Shown here piece after piece: positions 1 to 8,450 of a stretch of DNA of 34,045 nt. How positions within the stretch are numbered: position 1 is the stretch's first letter; every line of letters begins with the position of its first letter. The position numbers were made by a program, and so were the translations under genes. The stretch lies in NCBI GenBank assembly GCA_023659785.1, contig JAGXOR010000003.1, forward strand, positions 1 to 34,045, written 5' to 3'. Origin of the DNA: Methanomicrobia archaeon LH_S13. GTDB lineage: Archaea > Halobacteriota > Syntropharchaeia > Alkanophagales > Methanospirareceae. The notes under the pieces are model-generated. The model did not search any database and was not told where the DNA came from. It saw nothing but the letters and a program-made list of their open reading frames with translations.

Positions 1-170
1 AGGAGCATAAGAGGGCGTTTGAAGACTACAACAAGGCAATAGAACTCAATCCGAAAGATGCTGAGGCTTACTACAATAGAGGAGTTGCGTATCATAAACT
101 AGAGGAGCATAAGAGGGCGATTGAAGACTACAACAAGGCGATAGAACTCAATCCGAATCTTGCTGAGGCT
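1..170 (+). repeat. 102-bp near-identical tandem DNA repeat encoding TPR units
   Basis: aggagcataagagggcg.ttgaagactacaacaaggc.atagaactcaatccgaa occurs at 1 and at 103 (period 102 nt = 34 aa). Confidence 0.9.
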
Positions 171-1265
171 TATGCAAATCTTGGACTTACACAGCTTCAA
201 ACAAATGAAGAATTAGACAAAGCAATTGAAGATTTTAAACACGCAAGCGACCTTTTTGAAGGAAGAGATAAGGAAAGGATGCTTGGATTTATAGAATGGG
301 CAAAGGCAAGGAAAGAGATGAACGTGAAGGATTGGGAAGATTTTAGAAAACTGATGAACGAAGCGAGAGAAAAATTTGAAAAAATCAACGATTCTTTGTC
401 TCTTTCAATTAATGCTCTTATAAAATTCTCTTATCTGGATGAAGAACTGGATAACGCTTTGAACATCACCGAGCCAATAGAAGCATTAGAAGAGATAGAA
501 ACGGTATTAAGAAATCCTCCTGAAGTTGAAGGATTGATTGACCCGGAGAGAAGAATATTTGGTGCTAGGGTTACTTCTTTTGCAATCTTACGTGATTTTA
601 TTAGCTCTATGAGGAGCATTGATGAGAACACAGACCCAGGAGTGGTTAAAGCCAAACTTACTGAATTGTTTGAAGAGTCAGGGAAAGTAGTAAGAGCGTT
701 TGACTCAGTTAATTTCACCACGGGGGAGATGGCAATTGTGAATATTCAAAAGATTATAAGCTCAGTTAAAGAAGGAAAAGGGATGGAAGAAATAAAATGG
801 GCTGCGAACAAAAACCAAAAGGCTTTGGATATACTTAAAAAATATTGGTCAAGACTCAGCTTTGCTATAGAAGTGATGAATGGCAAATCAAGTCGCGCAA
901 CTGAGGATATTACATTGAGAAGAGAAGTGCGGGTTGGATTTGCTGAAACAATAGGAGAAATTCATAAGGCAAAGGAGGAGATTTTAGAGAAAATCTACAA
1001 GACAGAAAATATTCTGATACAAAGGAATAAAATAAATACAAGAATTAGAATAGAAATTCCACCATTCTCTTCTCCTACAAAAATTATTGTTGACATACCT
1101 ATCGGAAAACTAAAGGAGAAGCAAATAGAAGAAAAAGTAGAAGAGATAGCTTCTAAATTTAAATATCTGGGGTATAAGGTGAAGGAGGAGTTTTTGGAGG
1201 CAATTAAGCGTATTCCGGAAATAGATAAGGAGCTTCTGAATAGGTTGAAGAAGAAAAAAGCCTAA
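1..1265 (+). CDS. Tetratricopeptide-repeat protein (5' end outside window)
   Basis: The frame of ORF 279..1265 is open back to position 3 and reads EHKRAFEDYNKAIELNPKDAEAYYNRGVAYHKLEEHKRAIEDYNKAIELNPNLAEAYANLG, classic 34-aa TPR units. The C-terminal helical region is unrecognised. Confidence 0.85.
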   Translation, partial: EHKRAFEDYNKAIELNPKDAEAYYNRGVAYHKLEEHKRAIEDYNKAIELNPNLAEAYANLGLTQLQTNEELDKAIEDFKHASDLFEGRDKERMLGFIEWAKARKEMNVKDWEDFRKLMNEAREKFEKINDSLSLSINALIKFSYLDEELDNALNITEPIEALEEIETVLRNPPEVEGLIDPERRIFGARVTSFAILRDFISSMRSIDENTDPGVVKAKLTELFEESGKVVRAFDSVNFTTGEMAIVNIQKIISSVKEGKGMEEIKWAANKNQKALDILKKYWSRLSFAIEVMNGKSSRATEDITLRREVRVGFAETIGEIHKAKEEILEKIYKTENILIQRNKINTRIRIEIPPFSSPTKIIVDIPIGKLKEKQIEEKVEEIASKFKYLGYKVKEEFLEAIKRIPEIDKELLNRLKKKKA

Positions 1266-1309
1266 AGAGGATTTTGATTTACTCCCCTTTCCGTTCCATC
1301 CATTATATA

Positions 1310-1330
1310 CGTTTGGGATATATCCCGACG
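1310..1330. promoter_or_regulatory. Palindrome, possible operator upstream of antitoxin-like gene
   Basis: Perfect palindrome GGGATATATCCC at 1315-1326, imperfectly extendable, just downstream of TTATATA (~1303) and upstream of ORF 1375. Confidence 0.35.
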
Positions 1331-1374
1331 TTCTCGGCGTTTTTTCAAAATTCTCTAAAGTAAACATAAAAGAG

Positions 1375-1545
1375 ATGAAAGAAGTAAACTGGCAGGAGGT
1401 AATAAGAACTATGGTAGAAGAACTGATCAAAGATAAGAATAAGGAAAGATTACTTGCTGAGGCAAAGGAGATAAGGAAAGAGATGAAGGTAGATGTGAGT
1501 GCTGCTGAACTAAAACTAATACGGGCAGATAGAGATACCAGATAG
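1375..1545 (+). pseudogene. VapB-type antitoxin, probably N-terminally truncated
   Basis: Manual translation MKEVNWQEVIRTMVEELIKDKNKERLLAEAKEIRKEMKVDVSAAELKLIRADRDTR. VNW..IR and a terminal AAE.IR.DRD motif are typical of archaeal VapB, and a PIN-domain start follows directly. Confidence 0.65.
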
Positions 1546-1546
1546 A

Positions 1547-1606
1547 GTGATTCTTGATTCAAGTGTTATTGCTGCGATATTTTTTAAAGAAAATCACAAT
1601 ATATAA
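1547..1606 (+). pseudogene. VapC PIN-domain toxin N-terminal remnant
   Basis: GTG 1 nt after the antitoxin stop gives MILDSSVIAAIFFKENHNI*. This is the PIN first-strand motif (ILDSSV) followed by an early stop. Confidence 0.65.
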
Positions 1607-1644
1607 GACTATGTCAAATGAAGACACCGAGAAATATGCCTCTC

Positions 1645-1842
1645 TTATCCTATCGCTACCACAGCCCACTCAAAAACCGCCTCCACCTCCCTCGTCCTCT
1701 CAATCGCCTTCGCCACCCTCATATAATGCTCAATCTCCTCCAGTGACAATTTCCGCTTCTCTTTCTTTCCGTAATCCGGGCACGCCTCGTTTGGACAAAA
1801 GAATTCGTCTAAAATCGTACCGCCGCGTAGAACTGGATGCAA
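1645..1842 (-). pseudogene. Chimeric remnant: Zn-ribbon of archaeal IS1-like transposase joined to probable type ISP R-M C-terminal tip
   Basis: FFCPNEACPDYGKK followed by RKLSLEEIEHYMRVAKAIERT; both assigned from remembered motifs only. Confidence 0.35.
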
Positions 1843-1851
1843 ATAAATGTT

Positions 1852-2505
1852 TTACAAATAGACTTCTTTTACGAATTCATAATTCCTTTTGACATTACTT
1901 TTCCCTTCTATTATCGCACCATGCCCGGGCAACAAAAGCTCGGTATCCAGTATTGACACCTTCTTAATAGAGCTTTTCAGCTCTTCTTTGTTTCCAAAAG
2001 GCAAATCAGTCCTTCCTACGCTTTTCTCAAACACCAAATCTCCGCATATCAATATCTTTTTAGCCAAAGTGTAAAAACAAACGCTTCCTGGAGAATGCCC
2101 TGGTGTATGTATTATCTTCAACCCTGTATTTCCTATATTCAACTTATCCTCAAGCACCAAATCCGCATCGAATTTCTTTTCCATGCCGATACCAATGAAC
2201 TTCGAAGCTTCCTCAGCCATAATATCAAGATATCTTAGTTGTGATGGATGTAGTGCAACTTTTGCACCAGAAAGTTCCTTAAGTGCTACTGTTGCGTCAC
2301 AATGGTCAGGATGAAGATGTGTAATCATTATCAAATCAACTTCTTTCGTGTCTATTCCGTCCTCTCGCATTTCTTCGAGTTTCCGCTCAAGATAATTTTC
2401 TGATCCCGGATCTATGAGCACGGTGATTTTATCTTTTATCACGTAAGTGTTTGCATCAAGAAATCCCCTCTCCTCGTACCAATACACGTCATCTTGAATT
2501 CTCAT
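1852..2505 (-). CDS. MBL-fold metallo-hydrolase (glyoxalase II-like)
   Basis: THLHPDH, HTPGHSPGS, GD and LLPGHG motifs. Confidence 0.9.
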   Translation of the reverse strand: MRIQDDVYWYEERGFLDANTYVIKDKITVLIDPGSENYLERKLEEMREDGIDTKEVDLIMITHLHPDHCDATVALKELSGAKVALHPSQLRYLDIMAEEASKFIGIGMEKKFDADLVLEDKLNIGNTGLKIIHTPGHSPGSVCFYTLAKKILICGDLVFEKSVGRTDLPFGNKEELKSSIKKVSILDTELLLPGHGAIIEGKSNVKRNYEFVKEVYL

Positions 2506-2515
2506 GTAGTGTTGT

Positions 2516-2545
2516 GTAATTTAATTTAATCTAATCTAATCTAAG
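2516..2545 (+). repeat. Intergenic pentamer tandem repeat
   Basis: gtaat ttaat ttaat ctaat ctaat ctaag between coaBC and the MBL gene. Confidence 0.7.
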
Positions 2546-2548
2546 GGG

Positions 2549-3808
2549 TTATAAAGAAAGTTTTGCCAATTCATCCACTATCTCCTCTGCAATCACTTTT
2601 TTCGCACCTTTTACATGCTTTACTCCCTCTGCTCCTCCTCTTATTATATACACCTCGTTTTCTTTGGTCCCTATGCCCCCCTTACCAACATCATTTACAA
2701 CTACCATCTCAATGTTATGATTCTCCATCTTTTCCCTCGCCGCGCTTATCAGTTCCTCTTTAGAGACGTCCGTTTCTGCTTTAAATCCTACAATAACAAG
2801 TTCAGGGAATTCATCCCTCACTTCTTCTATCAGTTTCCCGGTGGGAACGAGATGCAAGTAGAACTCTTCGCCCGATGAAATCTTCGCTTCGGACGAGTCG
2901 GCAGTGAAATCCGAGATAGCGGCAGAAGAAATAAGCACGTCATATCCTTCCTCTTCCTCTTTCTCTTTACCTTCACGAAATTCAGTAACGCATGCATCAA
3001 TCATCTCACGTGCAGTCTCCACCCTGACTTCCTTTATTCCATCTAAATTCAACGGCGTTTTGCTGTGCACAAGCGTAACCTCAGCACCTTGTTTATACGC
3101 TTCCTTAACGAGTTCAATCCCCGTGCGACCCGAACTTCGATTTGTTAATATCCGTATAGGGTCTATCGGCTCGATGGTAGGTCCCCCTGTAATAAGGATA
3201 CGCTTTCCTGCAAGCTTTTTTAGCGACAGCACACGCTCAACCGCGAGAATTATGTCTTCAGTCGAGGCGATTTTCGCAAGTCCTTCCTCAAATTTAGGTC
3301 CTATTACGGTTACGCCGAGTTTTCGCAGCTTGTCGTGGTTCGCGATTAGAATCGGGTTTTTATACATGGTCTCGTGCATAGCAGGCACGACTATAATGGG
3401 TATTCCAGAGCCGAAGGCAGTGGTTGCAAATGCCGTTACGGGTGTATCCGAAACACCACCCGCTATCTTGTTCAGCGTGTTTGCCGTACAGGGTGCGATG
3501 ATAAACAGGTCTGCTGAACCTTCCATCCCCAAAAACACCACATGCTCTATATTCCCCATTAATTTCGTTATCACCTCATGCCCCGTGGCATAATGAAGCG
3601 TATAAGGATGAATTATTTCCATTGCCGCTTCACTCATCACCCCATACACATCTGCACCATGTCTTATCAATTCATGTGCGAGTTCAACGGTTCTTACCGC
3701 GGCGATAGAGCCAGTAACACCTAATACAATGCTCTTTCCTGATAAAGCGTGGCTTTTTGTGCCCTTTATTCTCAAGGTTGGGTGTGACCCTCTTTCTCCC
3801 TCCGCCAT
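2549..3808 (-). CDS. coaBC: Bifunctional phosphopantothenoylcysteine decarboxylase / phosphopantothenate-cysteine ligase
   Basis: LGVTGSIAA, IAPCTANTL, PAMHETM, ITGGPTIEPIDPIRILTNRSSGRTG, VGFKAE. Start moved to ATG 3808 because the longer ORF runs through tRNA-Ala. Confidence 0.93.
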   Translation of the reverse strand: MAEGERGSHPTLRIKGTKSHALSGKSIVLGVTGSIAAVRTVELAHELIRHGADVYGVMSEAAMEIIHPYTLHYATGHEVITKLMGNIEHVVFLGMEGSADLFIIAPCTANTLNKIAGGVSDTPVTAFATTAFGSGIPIIVVPAMHETMYKNPILIANHDKLRKLGVTVIGPKFEEGLAKIASTEDIILAVERVLSLKKLAGKRILITGGPTIEPIDPIRILTNRSSGRTGIELVKEAYKQGAEVTLVHSKTPLNLDGIKEVRVETAREMIDACVTEFREGKEKEEEEGYDVLISSAAISDFTADSSEAKISSGEEFYLHLVPTGKLIEEVRDEFPELVIVGFKAETDVSKEELISAAREKMENHNIEMVVVNDVGKGGIGTKENEVYIIRGGAEGVKHVKGAKKVIAEEIVDELAKLSL

Positions 3809-3810
3809 AA

Positions 3811-3883
3811 TGGACCGGTCGGGATTTGAACCCGAGGCCTCCCGCACGCCAAGCGAGTGATCTTCCAACTGATCTACCGGCCC
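3811..3883 (-). tRNA. tRNA-Ala(GGC), CCA not encoded
   Basis: GGGCCGGTAGATCAGTTGGAAGATCACTCGCTTGGCGTGCGGGAGGCCTCGGGTTCAAATCCCGACCGGTCCA folds as a cloverleaf with anticodon GGC and the G3:U70 alanine identity pair. Confidence 0.96.
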
Positions 3884-4344
3884 TATATGATATTCCCCGA
3901 TGCATCTTCTATTATCCTTTCACAATAAAAGCACCTGAATAGAGGAGGGTTCTCGCTCACCGTAATGAACTTAGAGATAACCGACTCCTTTTCCGCATTG
4001 GATATGCAATTAGGATTCGCACATCTTATAATCCCCTCTATTGACTTTGGAAGGTAAACCTTATGCTTTGCCACTACTTCAGAATCCCCTATTATGTTTA
4101 TCTTTGCGTTTGGTGCAATCAACGCGATTTTATCAACCTCCTCGGGCTTTAATTCCCTGTCTTCCACTTTTACTATGTCCTTTCTGCCCATCTTCTTGCT
4201 TCGCACATTCATCGCAACGCTTAGAACCGCGTTAGTCCTTGCATTTATCCCTAATATTTTCAGCACATTCAGCGCCTGTCCCCCTGGAATATGGTCAATA
4301 ACAGTTCCGTTTTTGATTGGCACTACTTTTAATTCTTTTTTCAT
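3883..4344 (-). CDS. pyrI: Aspartate carbamoyltransferase regulatory chain
   Basis: IKNGTVIDHI, KDIVKVE, Zn ligands CANPNCIS and CFYCE. Confidence 0.96.
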   Translation of the reverse strand: MKKELKVVPIKNGTVIDHIPGGQALNVLKILGINARTNAVLSVAMNVRSKKMGRKDIVKVEDRELKPEEVDKIALIAPNAKINIIGDSEVVAKHKVYLPKSIEGIIRCANPNCISNAEKESVISKFITVSENPPLFRCFYCERIIEDASGNII

Positions 4345-4349
4345 CTTAG

Positions 4350-4423
4350 TGGGGCCGCCGAGATTTGAACTCGGGACAACTCGGTCTTCAGCCGAGCGCT
4401 CTCCCAGCCTGAGCTACGGCCCC
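4350..4423 (-). tRNA. tRNA-Phe(GAA), CCA not encoded
   Basis: GGGGCCGTAGCTCAGGCTGGGAGAGCGCTCGGCTGAAGACCGAGTTGTCCCGAGTTCAAATCTCGGCGGCCCCA folds as a cloverleaf with anticodon GAA. Confidence 0.96.
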
Positions 4424-4444
4424 TCTTCTACACATACCCTATTT

Positions 4445-4488
4445 CTTTTTCAATTATAAATATACTCCTAATTTTATATTTCTATATA
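4445..4488. promoter_or_regulatory. Divergent AT-rich promoter region (tRNA-Phe unit / tldD)
   Basis: Minus-strand TTTATAAT lies about 30 nt upstream of the tRNA-Phe 5' end; the same block reads TTATAAA on plus about 30 nt upstream of the tldD ATG. Confidence 0.55.
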
Positions 4489-5904
4489 ATGGAAGAAGAG
4501 CTAAAAAAAGCGATGGATTCTGTAGTATCGAAAAATGCAGGAGTGAGATATGTCGATATTCGCATGGAAAAGGGTTACGCAACTGCTATCGAACTAAGAG
4601 ATGACACCCTTAGAGAGATGAGCTATGGTATAGACGAAGGCATGGGTGTAAGGGTACTATATAAAAATTCGTGGGGTTTTTCTTCCTCTAATGATATCAC
4701 AAAGCCTCGAATAAAAGATACTTTTGAAGACGCTTTGGACACCGGTAGAGCGCTGTCGCTATCGAAATCGAATAAGGATGCGGAAGCGGTAAAAATTGCA
4801 GACGCTGTACCGATAAACGACTATTTTAAACTAAAGCCGAAAATAAACCCTGATGATGTCGGCATTGAAGAGAAGAAGCACATGGTTAAAGAAGCGTATA
4901 AAGCGGCAAAGAAACACTCTCCATACATAAAAACTATCTCTACCTTATATCTGGATGGTTACGAGGAGCAGATATATGCAAATTACGATGGAAGCTACAT
5001 TGTAATGGAAATGCCGGCAGTTTTTATGCGTGTAAGGGTAGTAGCGAGAAAGGGGGATGTTTTGCAAGAAGGCACAGAGGGTATCGGAGCAGTGGCAGGT
5101 TTTGAAGTCATAGAAGAAGAAAATCCTGAGGTCGTGGGTATAAAGGCTGCGGATAAAGCTGTCAGGCTGCTTGACGCTGAGCTGCCCCCTGCGGGTGAGC
5201 TGCCTGTAATAATGGACCCGAAGCTTACAGGAGTTTTTATGCACGAAGCGCTCGGACATGCGGCAGAAGCTGACCACGTATTATACGGAGAATCAATACT
5301 AAAGGGGAAAATAGGAGAAGCAATAGCCTACGAAGGTTTGACTGTTGCTGACGATCCGACCATCGAGAACTCGCATGGGTATTATAGATACGATGATGAA
5401 GGAGCGAGGTCAAAAAGAACAGAGATGATAAAAGACGGCATCTTAGTTTCTTATTTGCATACACGGGAAACCGCAGGCAGGTTAGAAGCGATGCCAACTG
5501 CGAATGCGCGTGCCGCGGATTATTCTGAAGTTCCTTTGGTCAGGATGAGCAACACGGTAATTGAGGAAGGGGACTGGAATTTTGAAGATATGCGAGAAGA
5601 TATACGGTTTGGGATATACGCTAAAGGTATGCGAGGAGGGCAGGTGGATACAGTAAGGGGGGAATTTCAGTTCAGTGCAGAGGAAGCGTTTCTGATAGAA
5701 AAGGGTGCTCTTACAAAAAGGTTGAAAAACGTTTCTCTTTCCGGTAGAACTCTTGATGTATTGAAGAACATAGATGCCGTGGGGAATGATAAAAAGCGAG
5801 GTTCAATAGGGTTTTGCGGTAAAGACGGTCAGGAGGTACCTGTTTCTGAATACGCTCCGCATGTCCGCGTGAAGAAGATATTAGTTGGCGGGGCTTCCTC
5901 ATAG
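4489..5904 (+). CDS. tldD: TldD/PmbA family metalloprotease (TldD type)
   Basis: HEALGHAAEAD zinc motif, YDDEG, RMSNT, GFCGKDGQEVPVS. Confidence 0.92.
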   Translation: MEEELKKAMDSVVSKNAGVRYVDIRMEKGYATAIELRDDTLREMSYGIDEGMGVRVLYKNSWGFSSSNDITKPRIKDTFEDALDTGRALSLSKSNKDAEAVKIADAVPINDYFKLKPKINPDDVGIEEKKHMVKEAYKAAKKHSPYIKTISTLYLDGYEEQIYANYDGSYIVMEMPAVFMRVRVVARKGDVLQEGTEGIGAVAGFEVIEEENPEVVGIKAADKAVRLLDAELPPAGELPVIMDPKLTGVFMHEALGHAAEADHVLYGESILKGKIGEAIAYEGLTVADDPTIENSHGYYRYDDEGARSKRTEMIKDGILVSYLHTRETAGRLEAMPTANARAADYSEVPLVRMSNTVIEEGDWNFEDMREDIRFGIYAKGMRGGQVDTVRGEFQFSAEEAFLIEKGALTKRLKNVSLSGRTLDVLKNIDAVGNDKKRGSIGFCGKDGQEVPVSEYAPHVRVKKILVGGASS

Positions 5905-6170
5905 AGGGAGAAATAATGGCTAAATATCATCAATTGTTGCATCCATTTATCTAGCGTATCCAGTGAGATGGGTGATTCGATTCTAAAGAATCGCTTTAAT
6001 AGGCAATAAGAAAAGGAAGGTAAGTTATGTCACTCTACTCTTAAATTCTTAAGTTAAAACCAGAAATGAATTTTGACCGGGGTTTTTGGGATTGAAACAA
6101 TTGATGTTTATCTCCTATTTATATTTGATAACGTTTTGATGTAGTTTATAAAGCGGTGGATGAAGGTATC

Positions 6171-7466
6171 CTAACGCCATAGAATCACCTCTGCTGCTTT
6201 CCTCACTTCTTCCCTATATTTTTCAGGTGTGTAAACGCCTACTTTATAATTTTCTCGGAATGCTCGACTGAGCATTGACACGAGCGAAGAAACTTCCCGT
6301 AATCTCTTGATTTCTCGTGCGCTCTGTCCGCGGCCACGCAAGCCCTGTAAGGACTTACTGACTACTACTTTCGCTGCACTTTCTTTTAACTCCGCTTCTT
6401 TTTCTCCTTGAAAATCCAATAATACATATTTCTCATCTACGCCAGCTCGTTTGCTTATTTCCTCTTCTACCTCCCTTCTTCGCTTTTCTTCACTCAATTG
6501 CGCTACTACACCCTCGCTTAGTCCATTTATGCCTGTATATACCGCGCGTTTGAATAATCGCCTCTCGTTTATCCGCTCCCTTATCTCTTCAGGATAGCCC
6601 TTTGCATTTCTCAGCGAATTATTTACTGCGGAATCATCCATTTCTCTTAATTCCAATGCGTAGTCCTCAGACTCAGACTCAGATTCAGATTCAGACTTCG
6701 ATTCGATGAAATCCTCAAGCGCTTTCAAAAGCATCAATTGTGCTATCCTGTTGGTGTGATGATTATAAACCGTAGGATGCATGAGGAATCGCGAAAAAAG
6801 CAAATATTCCGCAGGTAATATCCCCTTTTCTGTTATAACAAGGCTTCCCTTGAAGAAATCCAATCCTTGAATAAGTCTCATATTGTCAACAACGCCGTAT
6901 GCCACGCCTGTATAATACGAATCGCGAACTAAATAATCCATCTTATCCACGTCTATTTCACCATTTAAAATCCGTGAAAAATCTCGTTCATCACTATTAC
7001 TACCTTCTACCTTTTCCCCTTTTATATAACTTATTATCTTTCGCTTGTCCAAGCAATGTTCTTCCAGAACCTCTGCAATACGGGTTGCCGATGATTCAGC
7101 TTCTGCATTTTGCACGAAAATTCTATCTTCAATATCTTCATGGCTTTTCCCTGTGAGCTTTTTTATCAGTGGCTCTGTCACATGCGAATAAGGACCGTGG
7201 CCAATATCGTGTATCAAAGAAGCGACAAGAAGTTCCTTCTCTTCTTCTTTCTCTACTTCCAGCATGTCAAGTAAAACGTTCGTTAAATGGTAAACTCCGA
7301 GCGAATGCTCAAATCTCGTATGGTTTGCACCAGGATAAACTAAATAAGAGAAGCCAAGCTGTCTTATTCTTCTTAATCTCTGCATTTCCACGGTATCTAT
7401 TATCGCGATTGCAAGGTCATCTATTTCTATGTATCCGTGTATGGGGTCTCTTATTGCCTTTCGCAT
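6171..7466 (-). CDS. HD-domain phosphohydrolase (dNTP triphosphohydrolase-like)
   Basis: IRDPIHG, QRLRRIRQLG, HTRFEHSLG, HDIGHGPYSH, DVDKMDYLVRD. Start taken at MRKAIRD (7466). Confidence 0.9.
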   Translation of the reverse strand: MRKAIRDPIHGYIEIDDLAIAIIDTVEMQRLRRIRQLGFSYLVYPGANHTRFEHSLGVYHLTNVLLDMLEVEKEEEKELLVASLIHDIGHGPYSHVTEPLIKKLTGKSHEDIEDRIFVQNAEAESSATRIAEVLEEHCLDKRKIISYIKGEKVEGSNSDERDFSRILNGEIDVDKMDYLVRDSYYTGVAYGVVDNMRLIQGLDFFKGSLVITEKGILPAEYLLFSRFLMHPTVYNHHTNRIAQLMLLKALEDFIESKSESESESESEDYALELREMDDSAVNNSLRNAKGYPEEIRERINERRLFKRAVYTGINGLSEGVVAQLSEEKRRREVEEEISKRAGVDEKYVLLDFQGEKEAELKESAAKVVVSKSLQGLRGRGQSAREIKRLREVSSLVSMLSRAFRENYKVGVYTPEKYREEVRKAAEVILWR

Positions 7467-7700
7467 CAAACTTTTCTTAAAAAGAAAAGGTTTATCAAAA
7501 GAAAAAGTGTTACGTAACCACAATATCCCCAGCCTCTCGCTCATACATGTCCCTTATGTATGCCATCGTGCCTATAATGACCCGGCTTATCGTGTAGATA
7601 AAAGCGGCTCATCTTCTTTGATCCCTGCGACCCTATAGTACTTTAACGCATCTTCCATGTATCTCTCCGCCGATCCATAGCTCTCAGAAAAAGTATCGTA

Positions 7701-8144
7701 TTGAACTACTCCTCGCTATCGCAAGGGGCTTCCTACTTCAACGATAGAATTTAGGATTCTCTATCTGTCGCCCATCGCTATCAGTAAGGAAGGACTTTAT
7801 GCCCATATCCAGACCAACTCCGATCTTGGATATGCGCAACTTATCAAGCCTATTACCTGTCTTTATAACTTTGAACTCCGATTGATTCAGGATGAAGCTA
7901 TTGAACTGCCCGTATTTCTTATAGCGCAGCTTACCGACTTTTCTCCATCTCTTCTTCAACCCTTCCTTCTCTTCTTTCATCTTCGGCAGCATCGCCTGTA
8001 AATTATACCGGGAAGGAATCTTCTCGCTGTCATTCCAAATAGCTAAGAAGGAGTTGTAGAGCAACCTGCAGGCATATCTCTAACACCGATAACAACTTCT
8101 TTTCGTCTTCTTTCTTCGGATACAGCCGAAACTTATATGTTCAC
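7701..8144 (-). mobile_element. tnpB: IS200/IS605-family tnpB relic, internally deleted, right end intact
   Basis: N-terminal TYKFRLYP, frameshifted LYNSFL...KVGKLRYKK, RuvC-I VGLDMGIKSFLTDSDG..IENPKF. It then jumps to a right-end hairpin GAAGCCCCTTGCGATAGCGAGGAGTAGTTCAA ending at 7701. Confidence 0.85.
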
Positions 8145-8193
8145 TATATAAATACTTTTATTGGTGGTGTGGTAGAAAAGATTTATCTGCTCT

Positions 8194-8280
8194 CTAATAC
8201 GAGTTTTGAGCAGTAATAGCTGTGATTACTGACGTGTCATAAACACCCAGCGCGGAAAACGTTTTTATATCTGCCTGTAT
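8194..8280 (-). pseudogene. thiD: Fragment of HMP/HMP-P kinase
   Basis: Manual translation IQADIKTFSALGVYDTSVITAITAQNSY* matches the ThiD N-terminal signature GIQADxKTFxAxGVxGxSxITAxTAQN. Confidence 0.8.
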
Positions 8281-8334
8281 TAAGGCAAGCCTTAGAAGAG
8301 CATTTCGATATTCCTTGCCATATCCAAGCATAGA

Positions 8335-8450
8335 TCAATTCGTTGTAGACAGAGATGCAACGAAGGGGAGCACTGATACCCCCGGAGCGGCAATGGTGTG
8401 GATGCCACTAACCGCAGAACCCCCTATTCTTTAGCTTGGGGAGTATGTCA
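8335..8450 (+). mobile_element. Right-end relic of a second IS200/IS605 element
   Basis: FVVDRDA (TnpB DRDxNA-like) followed by GAACCCCCTATTCTTTAGCTTGGGGAGTATGTCA, which has the CCCC..TTTAG..GGGGAG..TCA layout of such right ends. Left boundary uncertain. Confidence 0.55.

Noticed and set aside
1-170. Direct repeats as a possible CRISPR array
   Set aside because: The period is 102 nt, in frame, encodes TPR motifs and has no unique spacers.
2904-3593. Long antisense ORFs (also 10840-11544, 13894-14517, 24959-25630, 33401-33898)
   Set aside because: Ser/Ile/Phe-rich shadows of well-supported opposite-strand genes with no motifs of their own.
3809-3868. N-terminal extension of coaBC in the ORF track (MEDHSLGVREASG..)
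   Set aside because: It is the translation of the tRNA-Ala gene; ATG 3808 is the plausible start.
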